Below, in pieces: positions 27,519-40,439 of a DNA stretch of 64,000 nt. The stretch comes from Octopus sinensis (Eukaryota), in NCBI RefSeq assembly GCF_006345805.1, contig NC_043015.1:31248001-31312000 (forward strand), written 5' to 3'. Within the stretch, counting starts at the first letter, position 1. Each line of letters starts with the position of its first letter. The position numbers and the translations under genes are program-made. The notes beneath the pieces are model-generated. The model had not been told where the DNA came from, ran no database searches, and was given only the letters and a program-made list of their open reading frames with translations.

Positions 27519-28210
27519 CATGTGTGTGGGTTTGTGTGTCTGTGTTTGTCCCCCTAGCATTGCTTGACAACCGATGCTGGTGTATTTACGTCCCCGTCAC
27601 TTAGCGGTTCGGCAAAAGAGACCGATAGAATAAGTACTGGGCTTACAAAGAATAAGTCCCGGGGTCGATTTGCTCGACTAAAGGCGGTGCTCCAGCATGG
27701 CCGCAGTGAAATGACTGAAACAAGTAAAAGAGTAAAAGAGTAAAGAGTACATCTAAAGATGAAATTGACCACATTAAGACTGATTGGTCAAAACTGATTG
27801 GTGGAAGTTAAAAATTGAAATAGCCACAAAGTTAAAACACAACCAGCCACATATTGTTGCGTGTGAAAAGCTATGTTCTGTTGTGGAAATCAGCTGCCCT
27901 CTGGACACCAATGTGGTGAGAAAAATACAAGGGAAAGAGGACATCTATGGACCATTGATAAGGGGTTTGCAAATTCAGTACCTAAGAAATGCTTTCAGCT
28001 TCATATTATCATTGGAGCAACAGGATACATACTAGCCCATCTGGAGCAAGGTATGACTGAAGTTGGGATCTTAGGGAGAGAATGCAAGTCCTTAGTTCAT
28101 AAACCACAAATGATCACAATATCTGGGACTATAAAAATCTTCAAGACCTTATTAAGATTTAGAGAGTACGGTGGTTAAAACAAGACACCTTCCTTCACAA
28201 CCTTGCTGCT
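27100..28210 (+). mobile_element. R4/Dong-type non-LTR element 3' part (zinc knuckle plus restriction-like endonuclease), split by a SINE
   Basis: KCRLC...HIIASC...RHDAVA at 27110-27290. After the SINE: WWK..I.IATKLKHNQPHIV...VVEISCPLDTN..RK..KEDIYGPL. Confidence 0.8.
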
Positions 28211-29077
28211 AAGTAGGTGGCCAGTCAAAATTTATTCTAAATTAAAAAGAGAAAAAGAACATATATACATATGTATGTACATACTTACATACATACATAA
28301 TAGGCTTCCACACAGTTTCCATCAACCAAATTCACTCACAAGGCATTGATCATCCTGCGGATATAGTAGAAGGCATATGCGCAATGTGCCATGCAGTAGG
28401 ACTGAACCCGCAATCACATAATTGCAAAGGGAGCTTCTTAACCACACAGCCATGCCTGCCATAAACAACGTTACATTAATTTAGCATTAATATCTTTAGA
28501 ATCAACATGAAGGAAAGTAAATGTAGCAAAAGCAATGAGAAATATGTTGAAGAATTTTTCAACCCCAAAAAACCAATTTCCTAACTGGAATCCTTAAATT
28601 TCTCTCTTGGAATCCTGCATATGATTAAACATAAAGAACTGAATGAATAAATAATTAAATAAATAAATAAATAAATAAATGAATAAATAAAACAAGGGTA
28701 GGCTGCAGGGTGTAGGGGGGGGGAGCCAGAAAACTTTATCTATTCAGTAGGGATCAGTACACACCCAATCACTCATACCATCATCACCATCACCACCACC
28801 ACACATCATCCTTCATCTCACACACCTCCCAAACAGAATAATGGCAAATTTTTTTTCCGTGATTCATTACTATTATCTCTCTTTTCAATCTCGGCTCTTA
28901 ACCCCCACCCCACCCCACCCTGCCCTCCACCCACCTTACCTTCCATCTTGATCAAAAGATTCTCCACAGAAAATACTGCCCCCTCCCATCCACCCCACCG
29001 CCGCCATGGACACACCTACCGAAAGAGAAAGGAAAGAATATAAGAGAGAATGGATCTAATCACTCTTTTACACACAT

Positions 29078-29154
<77 letters not shown>

Positions 29155-29205
29155 TGCACACACATACGCACACACACACACACATGCACACACACACACA
29201 CACAT

Positions 29206-29240
<35 letters not shown>

Positions 29241-29974
29241 CACACACACCCATACATTGTCACTTGAAACAACAATAGGGACTGATTTTACTACCATTAA
29301 AATACTGCTGCCTCCCTCTTTCTTGGTTTCCCTCTCTTCTCTCTCCCTCATTCCCTTTCTCCCCCCCCCCACACACCCATAAAAGCACTTCAATCTGTTG
29401 TAGAAAGATAGCATGCTTGGCGGGGGGGGGTCTGTGGCACTGCATAGAGAGTAGTAGTGGCGGTGGTGGGGGGGGGGTCAAAATACATTATGTATCCAAT
29501 TGTATGGTGGGGTGGGGTGGAGTGGTTTTGACAGAGTTGGTGATGCTAATGGTCTTGGTAGTAGATTTCAGGTAAATGGTAATTAGATTTGCACAGGTGA
29601 ATCATATAAACCATTAGATTCTTCCCAGTTGCTATCTTTCCACCCCTCTCTCTTTCTATTCTGTATGTCTCTCTCCTTCCCTCTCTCCCTCCCTCCTTTC
29701 TCTCCATCTATACTTCTCCCTCTCTATCCCCATTTTATTGAAACTCCGATGACCAAACAGCCCCCAACTGGCTCAATAAACTTTAAGGTTTGCTTGCAAT
29801 CATAATAATAATGGTTTCAAACTTTGCCACAGGGGCAGCAATTTTGCAGGAGGGGAATGAGTCGATTACATCGAAACCTACAGTGTTCAACTGGTACTTA
29901 ATTTATTGATTCCAAAAGAATGAAAGGCAAAGTGGACCTCAACAGAATTTGTTGTGTGGGAAAAGATATGTTGT

Positions 29975-30086
29975 GACATGTGGTATACTGTGCACCTGTT
30001 CTGACATGTGGTATACTGTGCACCTGTTCTGACATGTGGTATACTGTGCACCTGTTCTGACATGTGGTATTCTGTGCACCTGTTCA
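29975..30086. repeat. 28-bp tandem repeat x4
   Basis: GACATGTGGTATACTGTGCACCTGTTCT at 29975, 30003, 30031 and 30059. Confidence 0.95.
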
Positions 30087-30580
30087 GGCAACGTTGATTT
30101 GATGGAGTGTGGGGGTTAATGTATGGCATATACATTTCATCTCTATAAATAAATCCTTTGTTAAAGCTGAATGCTCATATGTTGTCTTTGATGGGAGAGT
30201 CCATCAAATATATATATATATACACGTATACAAATAAGAAAATGGAGGAACAGATTCCTTTCAATCATCGACTTACAGATAATACCAATTCATATTATTT
30301 ATTAACTACTTAAATAGGAACATCCAAATCCAACAGAATAGAACAATATACATCAATAAGTAAGATAATACCATAAAAATAATACACATAAAATGGATCT
30401 TACAGCTGTTTCAGCCTGTAGATAAAGGTATCTCATTGTGCCTATATTAGTCAGATGTATTGAGGTAATATGCAGTTAAAAATGAGTTACTTATATATAT
30501 ATATTTCAAGGTCTCGTCAGAGATTATAAAGTACAATCCCTATCATAACCCCTATCTCACTTTCTATATATATATATATA

Positions 30581-30711
30581 TATAATCAAAATAAGCAACA
30601 AGGATATCCAAGGTAGAGTAGTACAATTGTTTCATGCTACTTCATTTTATTAGACACTGAAACAATTGTACTACTCTACCTTGGATATCCTTGTTGCTTA
30701 TTTTGATTATA
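30581..30711. repeat. Perfect inverted repeat, 54-bp arms with 23-bp spacer
   Basis: 30581-30634 is the exact reverse complement of 30658-30711. Confidence 0.95.
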
Positions 30712-30966
30712 ATCACCCATTTGATTTATATGGATAATACCATACAAAATTCTGGTGCCTTTAACTTAAGTACCATATTCATCTGAATCTAAATTTTGCT
30801 GAACTTATATATATATATAGGCACAGTGTGGATGTATGGTAAGAAACTTGCTACTGTGCGGCACCTTGGACAGGTGTCTTCAACTGTAGCCTTGGACTGA
30901 CCAAAGCCTTGTGAGTTGATTTGGTAGACGGAAACTGAAAGAAGTCCATCGTATGTGTGTGTGTGT

Positions 30967-31010
<44 letters not shown>

Positions 31011-31204
31011 TGTGTGTGTGTGATTGCATGTGTGTCTATATTTGTCCCCCAACCATCACTTGACAGCTGATATTGGTGTGTTTACATCCCCATAACTTAG
31101 TGGTTCAACAAATGAGGATAAGTCCTGCGGTCGATTTGTTCAACTAAAAGTGGTGCTCCAGCATGGCTGCGGTTGAATGACTGAAACAAGTAAAAGAATA
31201 AAAG

Positions 31205-31273
<69 letters not shown>

Positions 31274-31789
31274 CACACATATCATATATATGTGTACATT
31301 TATACACATACACACATGTATACACCATACGTGTGTATGTGTGTTTATATATGTATATTTATGTATATTAATGTAAGTATGTATGCATGAAATTTCTAAT
31401 GGAACAACACTAAAATTGTAAATATCAAGAAAAGGAGAAATCTGTTTTAAGCAGTAAAAAATTTTTTCATATCAATAATAATCACTCTGGCCTTGTTTTT
31501 GGATCAATTCCAGATTCTTGCTCCGAGCAACCGAAATATTTCCATATCACCACTGAGAAAGAACTACGCATAGTTTTGTCTCTTTGCTGTCCCTTATTTC
31601 AATATACCATTGCCCCCACCCACCCCCACCCCCTGCCCAAATGAAAGGGCAAAAGGTTTGAGAAAGGAGGAAGGTGGTCGTCGCATCTTTCTTTGTGTTC
31701 GTCATTTGAAACAGAGAGAAAATAATGATTATAATAGAAAATTCCTGAAGTTGTTCTGGGAGTCTTGCTAAAGACATGTTGTTTACTTG

Positions 31790-32415
31790 TTCTCCCTTTC
31801 TCTGTCTTCTTCTGTTTCCCTGTCTCTCTCTCTCTCTCTCTGTCTCCCTGTCTCTCTCTCTGTTTCCCTGTCTCTCTCTCTCTCTGTCTCTGTGTCTCTC
31901 TGTCTCCCTGTCTCTCTCTCTCTCTCTATCTCCCTGTTTCTCTCTCTCTGTCTTCCTATCTCTTTCTGTCTATCTCTCTCTGTTTCCCTATCGCTCTCTC
32001 TGTCTCCCTGTCTCTCTCTCTCTCTCTCTATCTCCCTGTTTCTCTCTCTCTGTCTTCCTATCTCTTTCTGTCTATCTCTCTCTGTTTCCCTATCGCTCTC
32101 TCTGTCTCCCTGTCTCTCTCTCTCTGTCTCCCTGTCTCTCTCTCTCTGTCTTCCTATCTCTTTCTGTCTATCTCTCTCTATCTCCCTGTCTCTCTCTCTC
32201 TCTGTCTCCCTGTCTCTCTTTCTGTCTCCCTCTCTCTCTCTGTCTCCCTATCTCTTTCTGTCTCCCTGTCTCTCTCTCTCTCTCTGTCACCCTGTCTCTT
32301 TCTGTCTCTCTCTCTCTCGCTCTCACTTTATGTCTTTGTCTTTCGGTATTATCCTATCTCTCTCCCCATCTCTCTCACTCCTCTTTTCTCTTTCTCTCCC
32401 TAAATCTTTCTTTAC

Positions 32416-32452
<37 letters not shown>

Positions 32453-32470
32453 ACTTCTCTTTCTCATCTC
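31790..32470. repeat. Polypyrimidine (CT-rich) compound satellite
   Basis: (CT)n with recurring TGTCTCCCTG units. Simple (CT)n also at 7049-7133 and 29080-29135. Confidence 0.95.
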
Positions 32471-33269
32471 CAACTTTTCATTATATCTCCCCCACCCCGC
32501 TCTCTCTACAGGGGGAAGCCAAGAACAGCGCTAATAATTCCAATTAGTTATAAGCTGTTTATCAAAATTGTCTACTGGTGTTCATCACACAGAAAGAACC
32601 ACCAATATAAAATGCCATGAGCTCAGGCACTGATTTTATCCGTTTCCATGTCAGTGTTTTTACTGGCAATGTGTATAAAATAATCTGTTTCCCTTCTCTG
32701 AAGGACAAACATGAGCAGAAACTCCTACTAAGACAGCAATACTGTAAATCCTCGAGTATAATCCGCATTTTTTTCTCAAAATTTAAAGGTCAAAATCCCT
32801 AGTGCATACTATATATGAGGTTAAAAATGAAAAATATTTTCTAAGCAATGTCGCATAGGCACAGGAGTGGCTGTGTGGTAAGTAGCTTGCTTACCAACCA
32901 CATGGTTCCGGGTTCAGTCCCACTGAGTGGCATCTTGGGCAAGTGTCTTCTGCTATAGCCTTGGGCCGACCAATGCCTTGTGAATGGATTTGGTAGACAG
33001 AAACTGAAAGAAGCCTGTCGTATTTATGTATATATATATATATGTATGTGTGTGTTTGTGTGTCTGTGTTTGTCCCCCTAGCATTGCTTGACAACCGACG
33101 CTGGTGTGTTTACGTCCCCATCACTTAACAGTTCGGCAAAAGAGACCGATAGAATAAGTCCCGGGGTCGATTTGCTCGACTAAAGGCGGTGCTCCAGCAT
33201 GGCCGCAGTCAAATGACTGAAACAAGTAAAAATAAAAAAAGAAAAAGAAAAATGTCCGAGTCTCTTACA

Positions 33270-33660
33270 ATTGATTCGTCCTCTCCTTTCTTGTTGAAGA
33301 AATACGGAGGTTACGGTTGAAGTTCTCAATATCGGTTTTTAGTTCTACGAGATTCGGAGTAGGTGTCAGGGTAAAATTGAAACCTTTTAGTAAGAAACTC
33401 ATTTCATTTTCATTGAGGTCTTCTATTTGCTAAGTTTATAATTTTGGGGTTTATGTGTTTTGTGGGTTCATTAGGAACTTCTGTTGTATTGGGTCTGGAG
33501 CATGGTTGTCGCATTTTCTCCCTAAAAAAAGGGTTGTGTCATGATGTCTCCAATTTCTATTTCTGGGGTTCCCGCTTCCTTGTGATTGAGGGAACAGTTC
33601 ATGTCTGTATATATTTCATTGTTCATAGACGTTGTCTTCTTCCCATCTACGTTTGTTGCG
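33270..33660 (-). mobile_element. Penelope-like element N-terminal ORF fragment
   Basis: 33420->33301 translates DLNENEMSFLLKGFNFTLTPTPNLVELKTDIENFNRNLRI, the LL.KGLNF.PTP...D...F.R.LR motif of PLE ORFs. Preceded by KIINL. Confidence 0.75.
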
Positions 33661-35256
33661 CCATGTGGGATTGGTCTTCATAGGCTCAGGAGTGGCTGTG
33701 TGGTAAGTAGCTTGCTAACCAACCACATGGTTCCGGGTTCATTCCCACTGCGTGGCACCTTGGGCAAGTGTCTTCTACTATAGCCTCGGGCCAACCAAAT
33801 CCTTGTGAGTGGATTTGGTAGACGAAAACTGAAAGAAGCCCGTCGTATATATGTATATATATATGTGTGTGCGTGTATGTTTGTGTGTCTGTGTTTGTCC
33901 CTCCTAGCATTGCTTGACAACCGATGCTGGTGTGTTTACGTCCCCGTTACTTAGCGGTTCAGCAAAAGAGACCGATAGAATAAGTACTGGGCTTACAAAA
34001 GAATAAGTCCCGGGGTCAAGTTGCTCAATCAAAGGCGGTGCTCCAGCATGGCCGCAGTCAACTGACTGAAACAAGTAAAAGAGTATATATCGTGGGTTTC
34101 CTGAGTTCTCATCATGATTTATATTATAGTCTCTGTGTTGTTTGTTCCTCATTTGTCTTTCATCTCATGTGTTCATCCATCTAGGTCGTCCAGTATCATG
34201 GGCTAATGGTTGTCTGTATTTTGCTTGTCTTACTTATGAAGGGATATATAAAAAAACATCCTGGAAACAGCTGTAAGACCTATTTATAAATGTTCTGAAA
34301 TCTTTCACAGCCTTGGATTTTTATCTCATTCTGTTAATTTTTTTTATATATACACATGCTGATATATGACCTACATTGGACTCCGAACCTGGAGCTTAAC
34401 TATAGTCTGTCCATAGCACTTACTCAGCATTACCTGACACCTTTGGGTCATCTTGACACTATTACCTCACATAACCTATACATACACATATATATATATA
34501 TATATATATGATGGCCATCCACTCGTGGCCAAGGAAGACCATTGCCGACCTTCAGGAACATTGTGCGCTCTAGGACTAACTTATATTTTGCATTTGTGGC
34601 TCTGTTGGTGGCTATTGAGCCCTGTTCTTGACAAGCATACACGACTGCAAGACCAAGCTTTCCCCATTCATATATATATACACACACACACACTCACACA
34701 CATATATACATGCACATGCACATATATATATATTTACATATACATATATACACACATATATTGTATGTGCCTATATGGACATGTGTGTTTACGTATATAT
34801 CATATATATATATATATATGTGAGTGTGTGCTTGGTTTTATTGTCCATAGGTGACAATAACTTAGCACAATTAACAAATATACCACACCCTTCGTTTCAT
34901 TGTTGACTCGAGGTTTGAATGAAACAGTATAGCTCTCACTTTTACACACACACACACACACACACACATACACACCATGCAGACGTACACACACATACGC
35001 ACACCTAAACACAAACACCCACACACGCATAAATGCAAACATATTCACTAATGCACATACGTTTCCTGAAAGAGATGGAGTGGTGGGGGGGGGTACGATT
35101 AGATTGTACAATTATAGGAGAACAGCAATAGCTGATCTTGCTTTCCATATATAGAAGTACATTTCCCTGGTAGGTATTTTTTGTTATATTTTTTGTTCTA
35201 TATATTTTATTTTTTTATTTAAACTCCTGACAAAAGAGAAAGAGAGAAAAAAGAGA

Positions 35257-35306
<50 letters not shown>

Positions 35307-38130
35307 GCAACCAATGAAAAAAATTTATGACATCAAGATATAATTCAAATATTTGAGCAATAAAATATGGCCATGTTAAGATTTTTCACAATCTTTTTTT
35401 TTTTTACTTCCTGATATCTTTTGTTTTTCAGTCATTAAATCTGGTACACTTACTGAAGAAATCTCCTTGAAAATGAGTGAATGATTCTTGCCATGTTGAA
35501 ATAACACAAAGGAGCCATTCGATTTTATAGTTTTCTATTGTCATGAGAGCTATAATATAAAAGTAGACCTTCAGACTTCAAGCAAGCTGTGTTTGCTTAC
35601 AACTTGGTTTCAATTCCCAGTTGGACCCACTTGACTTCTTGTCCATAGTCAGTACCAATGCCATTAGGAAAATCATAAACGTCACCCCTTATTACCCTGC
35701 CCTTATAAATTTGAATGGTCTCTCGTCTTCTCTCTCTTCTTGTCTTTCTCCAGCTCTTTCTCTTTTCCCTTCTCTCTCCCTCTTCCCTATCTTTCTTCCC
35801 ATTTATACCCCTTTTCTCTGTAAAAATCCTTTCTCGTTCATACATCAATAAAATCATTCAGCAAAAATAATAAAGATAAAAATTAAAAATTACGGAGTGT
35901 ACTAGGTGTATTTTATCAGGGTATTGACTCAACAAGATTAAAGGCTCCTTTTGACTTACGACTTCCACTCATTCAGAAACCTCTTTACAGAATGTACCAA
36001 GTGTATATCATCATGGGACCAGCACTAATGATAAGGTTAAAGGGTTCATATGACCCTTACATTTTCAACAACCTTAGCAATGTCATCATCGTTTAACGTC
36101 CGTTTTCCATGCTAGCACGAGGTGGACGGTTCGACCGGGGTCTAGGAACCAGTAGGCTGTACCAGGCTCCAGTCTGATCTGGCAGTGTTTCTACAGCTGG
36201 ATGCCCTTCCTAACGCCAACCACTCCGTGAGTGTAATGGGTGCTTTTTACATGCCACTGGCACAGTTGCCAGGGGAGGCTGGCAACGGCCATGATCGGTT
36301 GGTGCTTTTTACGTGCCACGGTATGGAAGCCAGTCAAGGTGGCGCTGGCATCAGTCATGTATGGATGGTGCTTTTTACGTGCCACAGGCACAGGTGCCAA
36401 GGGAGGCTGGCAATGGCCACGATCAGTTGGTGATTTTTACGTGCCACCAACACGGAAGCTAGTCAAAGCGGTGCTGAAATCAAAATCATAACTGTGTAAA
36501 ACGATTTTTGTCCTTGGGTAGTAACTGTTATTTCCCATCTGCTGACCCTTAGAAAGAATGAAAAATGGTTAATATTTCCTTCTAACTTTGCTTTTGTTAC
36601 ATTTATGCAAGCCTCAAAGAATCCCTGTTAATACATGACTATGATGCTCTCTCACAACTCCTGCTCATGATCAGAGATGCACATGTTGTCAGCCACTAAA
36701 GGACATGCTCAAGTGATTAAGGTCAAACAACCATCAAGCAAATCTGTGATATGGAGCAGAATATTTGGTATAATGATATTTCTGCATCAGCAATTCAATA
36801 CTGCATATGTCTGAAATGTAATGGAAAAATAGGTCAGTTTCAAAACATACAAAAGCAAAGTTTGAAGGAAAGAGTAGTCATTTCCATTGATTTTTAGATA
36901 GAAGCAAATAGGAAATAACACTTACTAACCTAAGACAAAAAAAATTCTATTTTGTTATGCAGTGCTCCAGCATGGCAGTAGTCAAATGACTGAAGCAAGT
37001 AAAAGAGTGTAATCAAAGTATTTAATAGAATGAAACTTGTTTCAACACTCTCAGAATGAAACTGAAGACACATCTTTTATATTTTACTTGTTTCAGTCAT
37101 TGGACTGCAGCCATGATGGTACACCTCCTTGAAGGATTTTTAATCAAACAAGTTAACAATACTACTTATTTTTAAGTCTGGTACACTTATTCTGTCAGTC
37201 TCTTTTGTTGAACCATTTTAGATACATAAACAAAAACCAGTTGTTAAGTAGTGAAGGTGGGAACAAACACAAATACAAGTACAACACACACACACACAGA
37301 TATAAACATAGATGATGATCACTGTCCAATTGTAATTGAAGAATACTATCACTGACCATTGCTCAGGCAAAATGCTTGCAGTGCCTGTGCATGAGATTAA
37401 TGCACCAGCAGTCAGCTTCATCTGGGTTCATGCCTGTGGTTTGCATGCTCACCACAGCACCTTCCTACTCAACTGGCCATTGGATAGTTTCTTCACCAGT
37501 GGTTGTACAACCTGAAATTTTAGGTCTAATAAAATTTGCACAGCACCTCACAGACCCTCTTCACCCTACTAACATGATCCTGAAACAAGCCAGGACAAGG
37601 TACCCTGTGCTAATATGGTTCACAGATTCAGGAATGTGGGAGTGCAATGATCACAAGTGCAAGCAAAAGATCCCCAAAATGTTCAATGCCACTCCCTGCA
37701 TATCTGGTTTGATATCAGTGTGACCTTCTCCTTGAGACATGCTTTAACAAAAGCTAAAGGGTACCTCACTCCCAGTGGTCTTCCAGCACACTGGACACTA
37801 ACACAGGATTTCAGAGGGCCCATGCTATTGCTAGATAGTATCCTCGCCACTGATGTTATCCAAGAGAAAGACAAAGACCAATACAGCTTGGTACCAGTGA
37901 CTTTGCAACTCATTTTTACAAATGAATGAACTGGAACAACATAAAATAAAGTGTCTTGCTTAAGAACACAACACACAGCCTGGTCTGGGAATCAAACTCA
38001 CTACCTCAAGATTGTGTGCCCAATGCTCTAACCACTGAGCCATGTGCCTTCACATGGTTTTTACATTTGAATGAAACTAAATCAACATATTTTTCGTCTA
38101 TCACTTCAAGCTTCAGCTTCAATGTTTTAA

Positions 38131-38338
38131 CCCTTTCGTTACTCTATTTATTTTGAGATGTTCTGTGTTTCTTTCAATTACTTTAAATATAGCAAAGAAT
38201 TTAGTAAAATCACTTGGTTATCATTCAGCTAGTGTTAGGAACATAAATTGTGACTAAGGTTTGGTGGATGATTTTAATTCAAACTTATGAAAACAAGACA
38301 TTTGTACTCAGAGCCAGGGCTGGTTGGTAATGAAAGGG
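38131..38338. mobile_element. piggyBac-like MITE
   Basis: TTAA on both sides; TIRs CCCTTTCGTTAC / GTAATGAAAGGG. Confidence 0.8.
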
Positions 38339-40295
38339 TTAAAGGCTCCACAAGATTCAATTAATTTAGAATATTGTCACTTCTGTGCCTGCATTTTCCC
38401 TGCAAGAATATATTTTTATCTTCTATATTTTACTTGTTCCATTCATTTGCCATATGGCAGCATCTTCATCAGGATGTGCCATTCCTTCAACCCAGGTCAA
38501 TCACAAATGAGCAGAGTTATGGTTGAAGGCAGTCCAGCCATAACCCATCCTGTCTTTTTAAAAAGGAGTAGGACTACATTATCCACCACAAGGCCCACTC
38601 CCTTGTTCAGGCTTGATGGCTTGTGCACTTCAATAAGCCTGGACCCTATCCCAGCAGAGTGCAAGCTTCTGATAGAGTTGAACAGATCAAAGGGTAGAGG
38701 CCAGACTAACATGAATCACCGCCTCCCAGATGTGAAAGGGATTTGCAAGGGGCCAACATCCCTACCTAGAAAAAAAGCAAAGTTACTGAAGCCTTGATGA
38801 CAATTCAAAACCAACAAGACCCGAGAGAGGACAGTGAAGAAAAGTTGTGTGAAGTACTAAAACAAACTAGTGAGGACTACATTACCAAATGTGTCCTTTA
38901 CTGAAAATTATAACATGTGATTTAATGGAGATTTGGTTACTATTTTTTTCCAGATTGATTGATCACAAAGAAGATCTCTTGTGTCATTATTATTAACTGC
39001 ATTTTTCTAACAAGTTGAGTAACTACATAGAACGCACCAAATGTCATTCAGATATTTTACAATGTCACGCGTGATTAATAGTGGTTGTCAAATGACTCAC
39101 CAACAAGGTGCCAATTATTTCAAATTTTTCCTGGTTTGCCATGTCGAATCGCAGCCAAATGAATTATTGTTATCTCAACCCTTAAATATCTGACCACATT
39201 ATAGTTCTTGTTAAGTTGGCTCACCAACCAACCAGTATTTATTTTTTATCTTTCATTTGTTTTAGTTATTGGGCTGCAGACAGGATGAAACTCTACCTTG
39301 AAGGATTTTTTGTTAAAGTGACTCCAGTACCTATTTTTAGATTGAGTACTTTTTCTATTATTCTCATTGAACTGCTATGTTACAGCAATGTAAACAAACC
39401 AACAATTGTAGTCAAGTGGTGGTGGTTGGGGTGGTGATGGGGAGACAAACATGGACATAATGACATATGTACACATATCTATCTATCTATCTTTCTATAT
39501 AAAGTTAATCCAAACAAGAAAGCACAAAAAACACAACAACGCGAGGACGTGGAACAAATATACTATTATTGGACGCTCAGGAAAGAAGGAAAGAAGGAGG
39601 GTTTAACATTTCGAGTGGAGCTCTTCGTTGGAAACATAGGAGAAGGAAAGATCCAGAGAAGGGAAGGCAGAGGAAAAAAAATCGCCAACGGTACACACGA
39701 GGTCTTTCTATATATGTGGAAAGAAATATATGTATGTAGGTGCAGAAGTGGCTATGTGGTAAGTAGCTTGCTTACCAGCCACATGGTTCCGGGTTCAGTC
39801 CCACTGTGTGGCATCTTGGGCAAGTATCATCTACTATAGCCTCGGGCCGATCAAAGCCTTGTGAGTGGATTTGGTAGACGGAAACTGAAAGAAGCCTGTC
39901 GTATATATGTATATATATATATGTGTGTGTATATGTTTGTGTGTCTGTGTTTGTCCCCCCAACATTGCTTGACAACTGATGGTGGTGTGTTTATGTCCCC
40001 ATAATTTAGCGGTTCAGCAAAAGAGACTGATAGAATAAGTACTAGGCTTACAAAGAATAAGTCCTGGGGTCGATTTGCTTGACTAAAGGCGGTGCTCCAG
40101 CATGGCCACAGTCAAATGACTGAAACAAATAAAAGAGTATGTATGTGTGTATGCATGTATGTATGTATATATTGCATATAGCTGCCTACATTGTTTTGTA
40201 ATTTTCACAAGAGCATTTCGCTAACTCAGCTACAGATTTATGCGGTATATACTGACAGTCTTGATTTAGCCAAACCATTCGGTGATGGAGTAGTC

Positions 40296-40338
40296 ACTGC
40301 TGACGAGCTTGCGATTTTACAGGTGAAACTTGTCTAGT
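40296..40338 (+). ncRNA. Minimal type I hammerhead ribozyme motif (PLE-associated)
   Basis: ACTG-CTGACGA-GCTTG(cgatttta)CAGGT-GAAA-C(tt)G-TC-TAGT: all core nucleotides present, stems I and II pair, 2-bp stem III, GUC cleavage site after 40334. Confidence 0.75.
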
Positions 40339-40439
40339 CCAGTGATCTAGCTTCACCTATGAGTTAGTTATCTCCCCTGTCAGTATATGAAAATGTACCT
40401 CCGAGAAGTTCTACTCACAATTTTTAAAGAATAAGTAAT

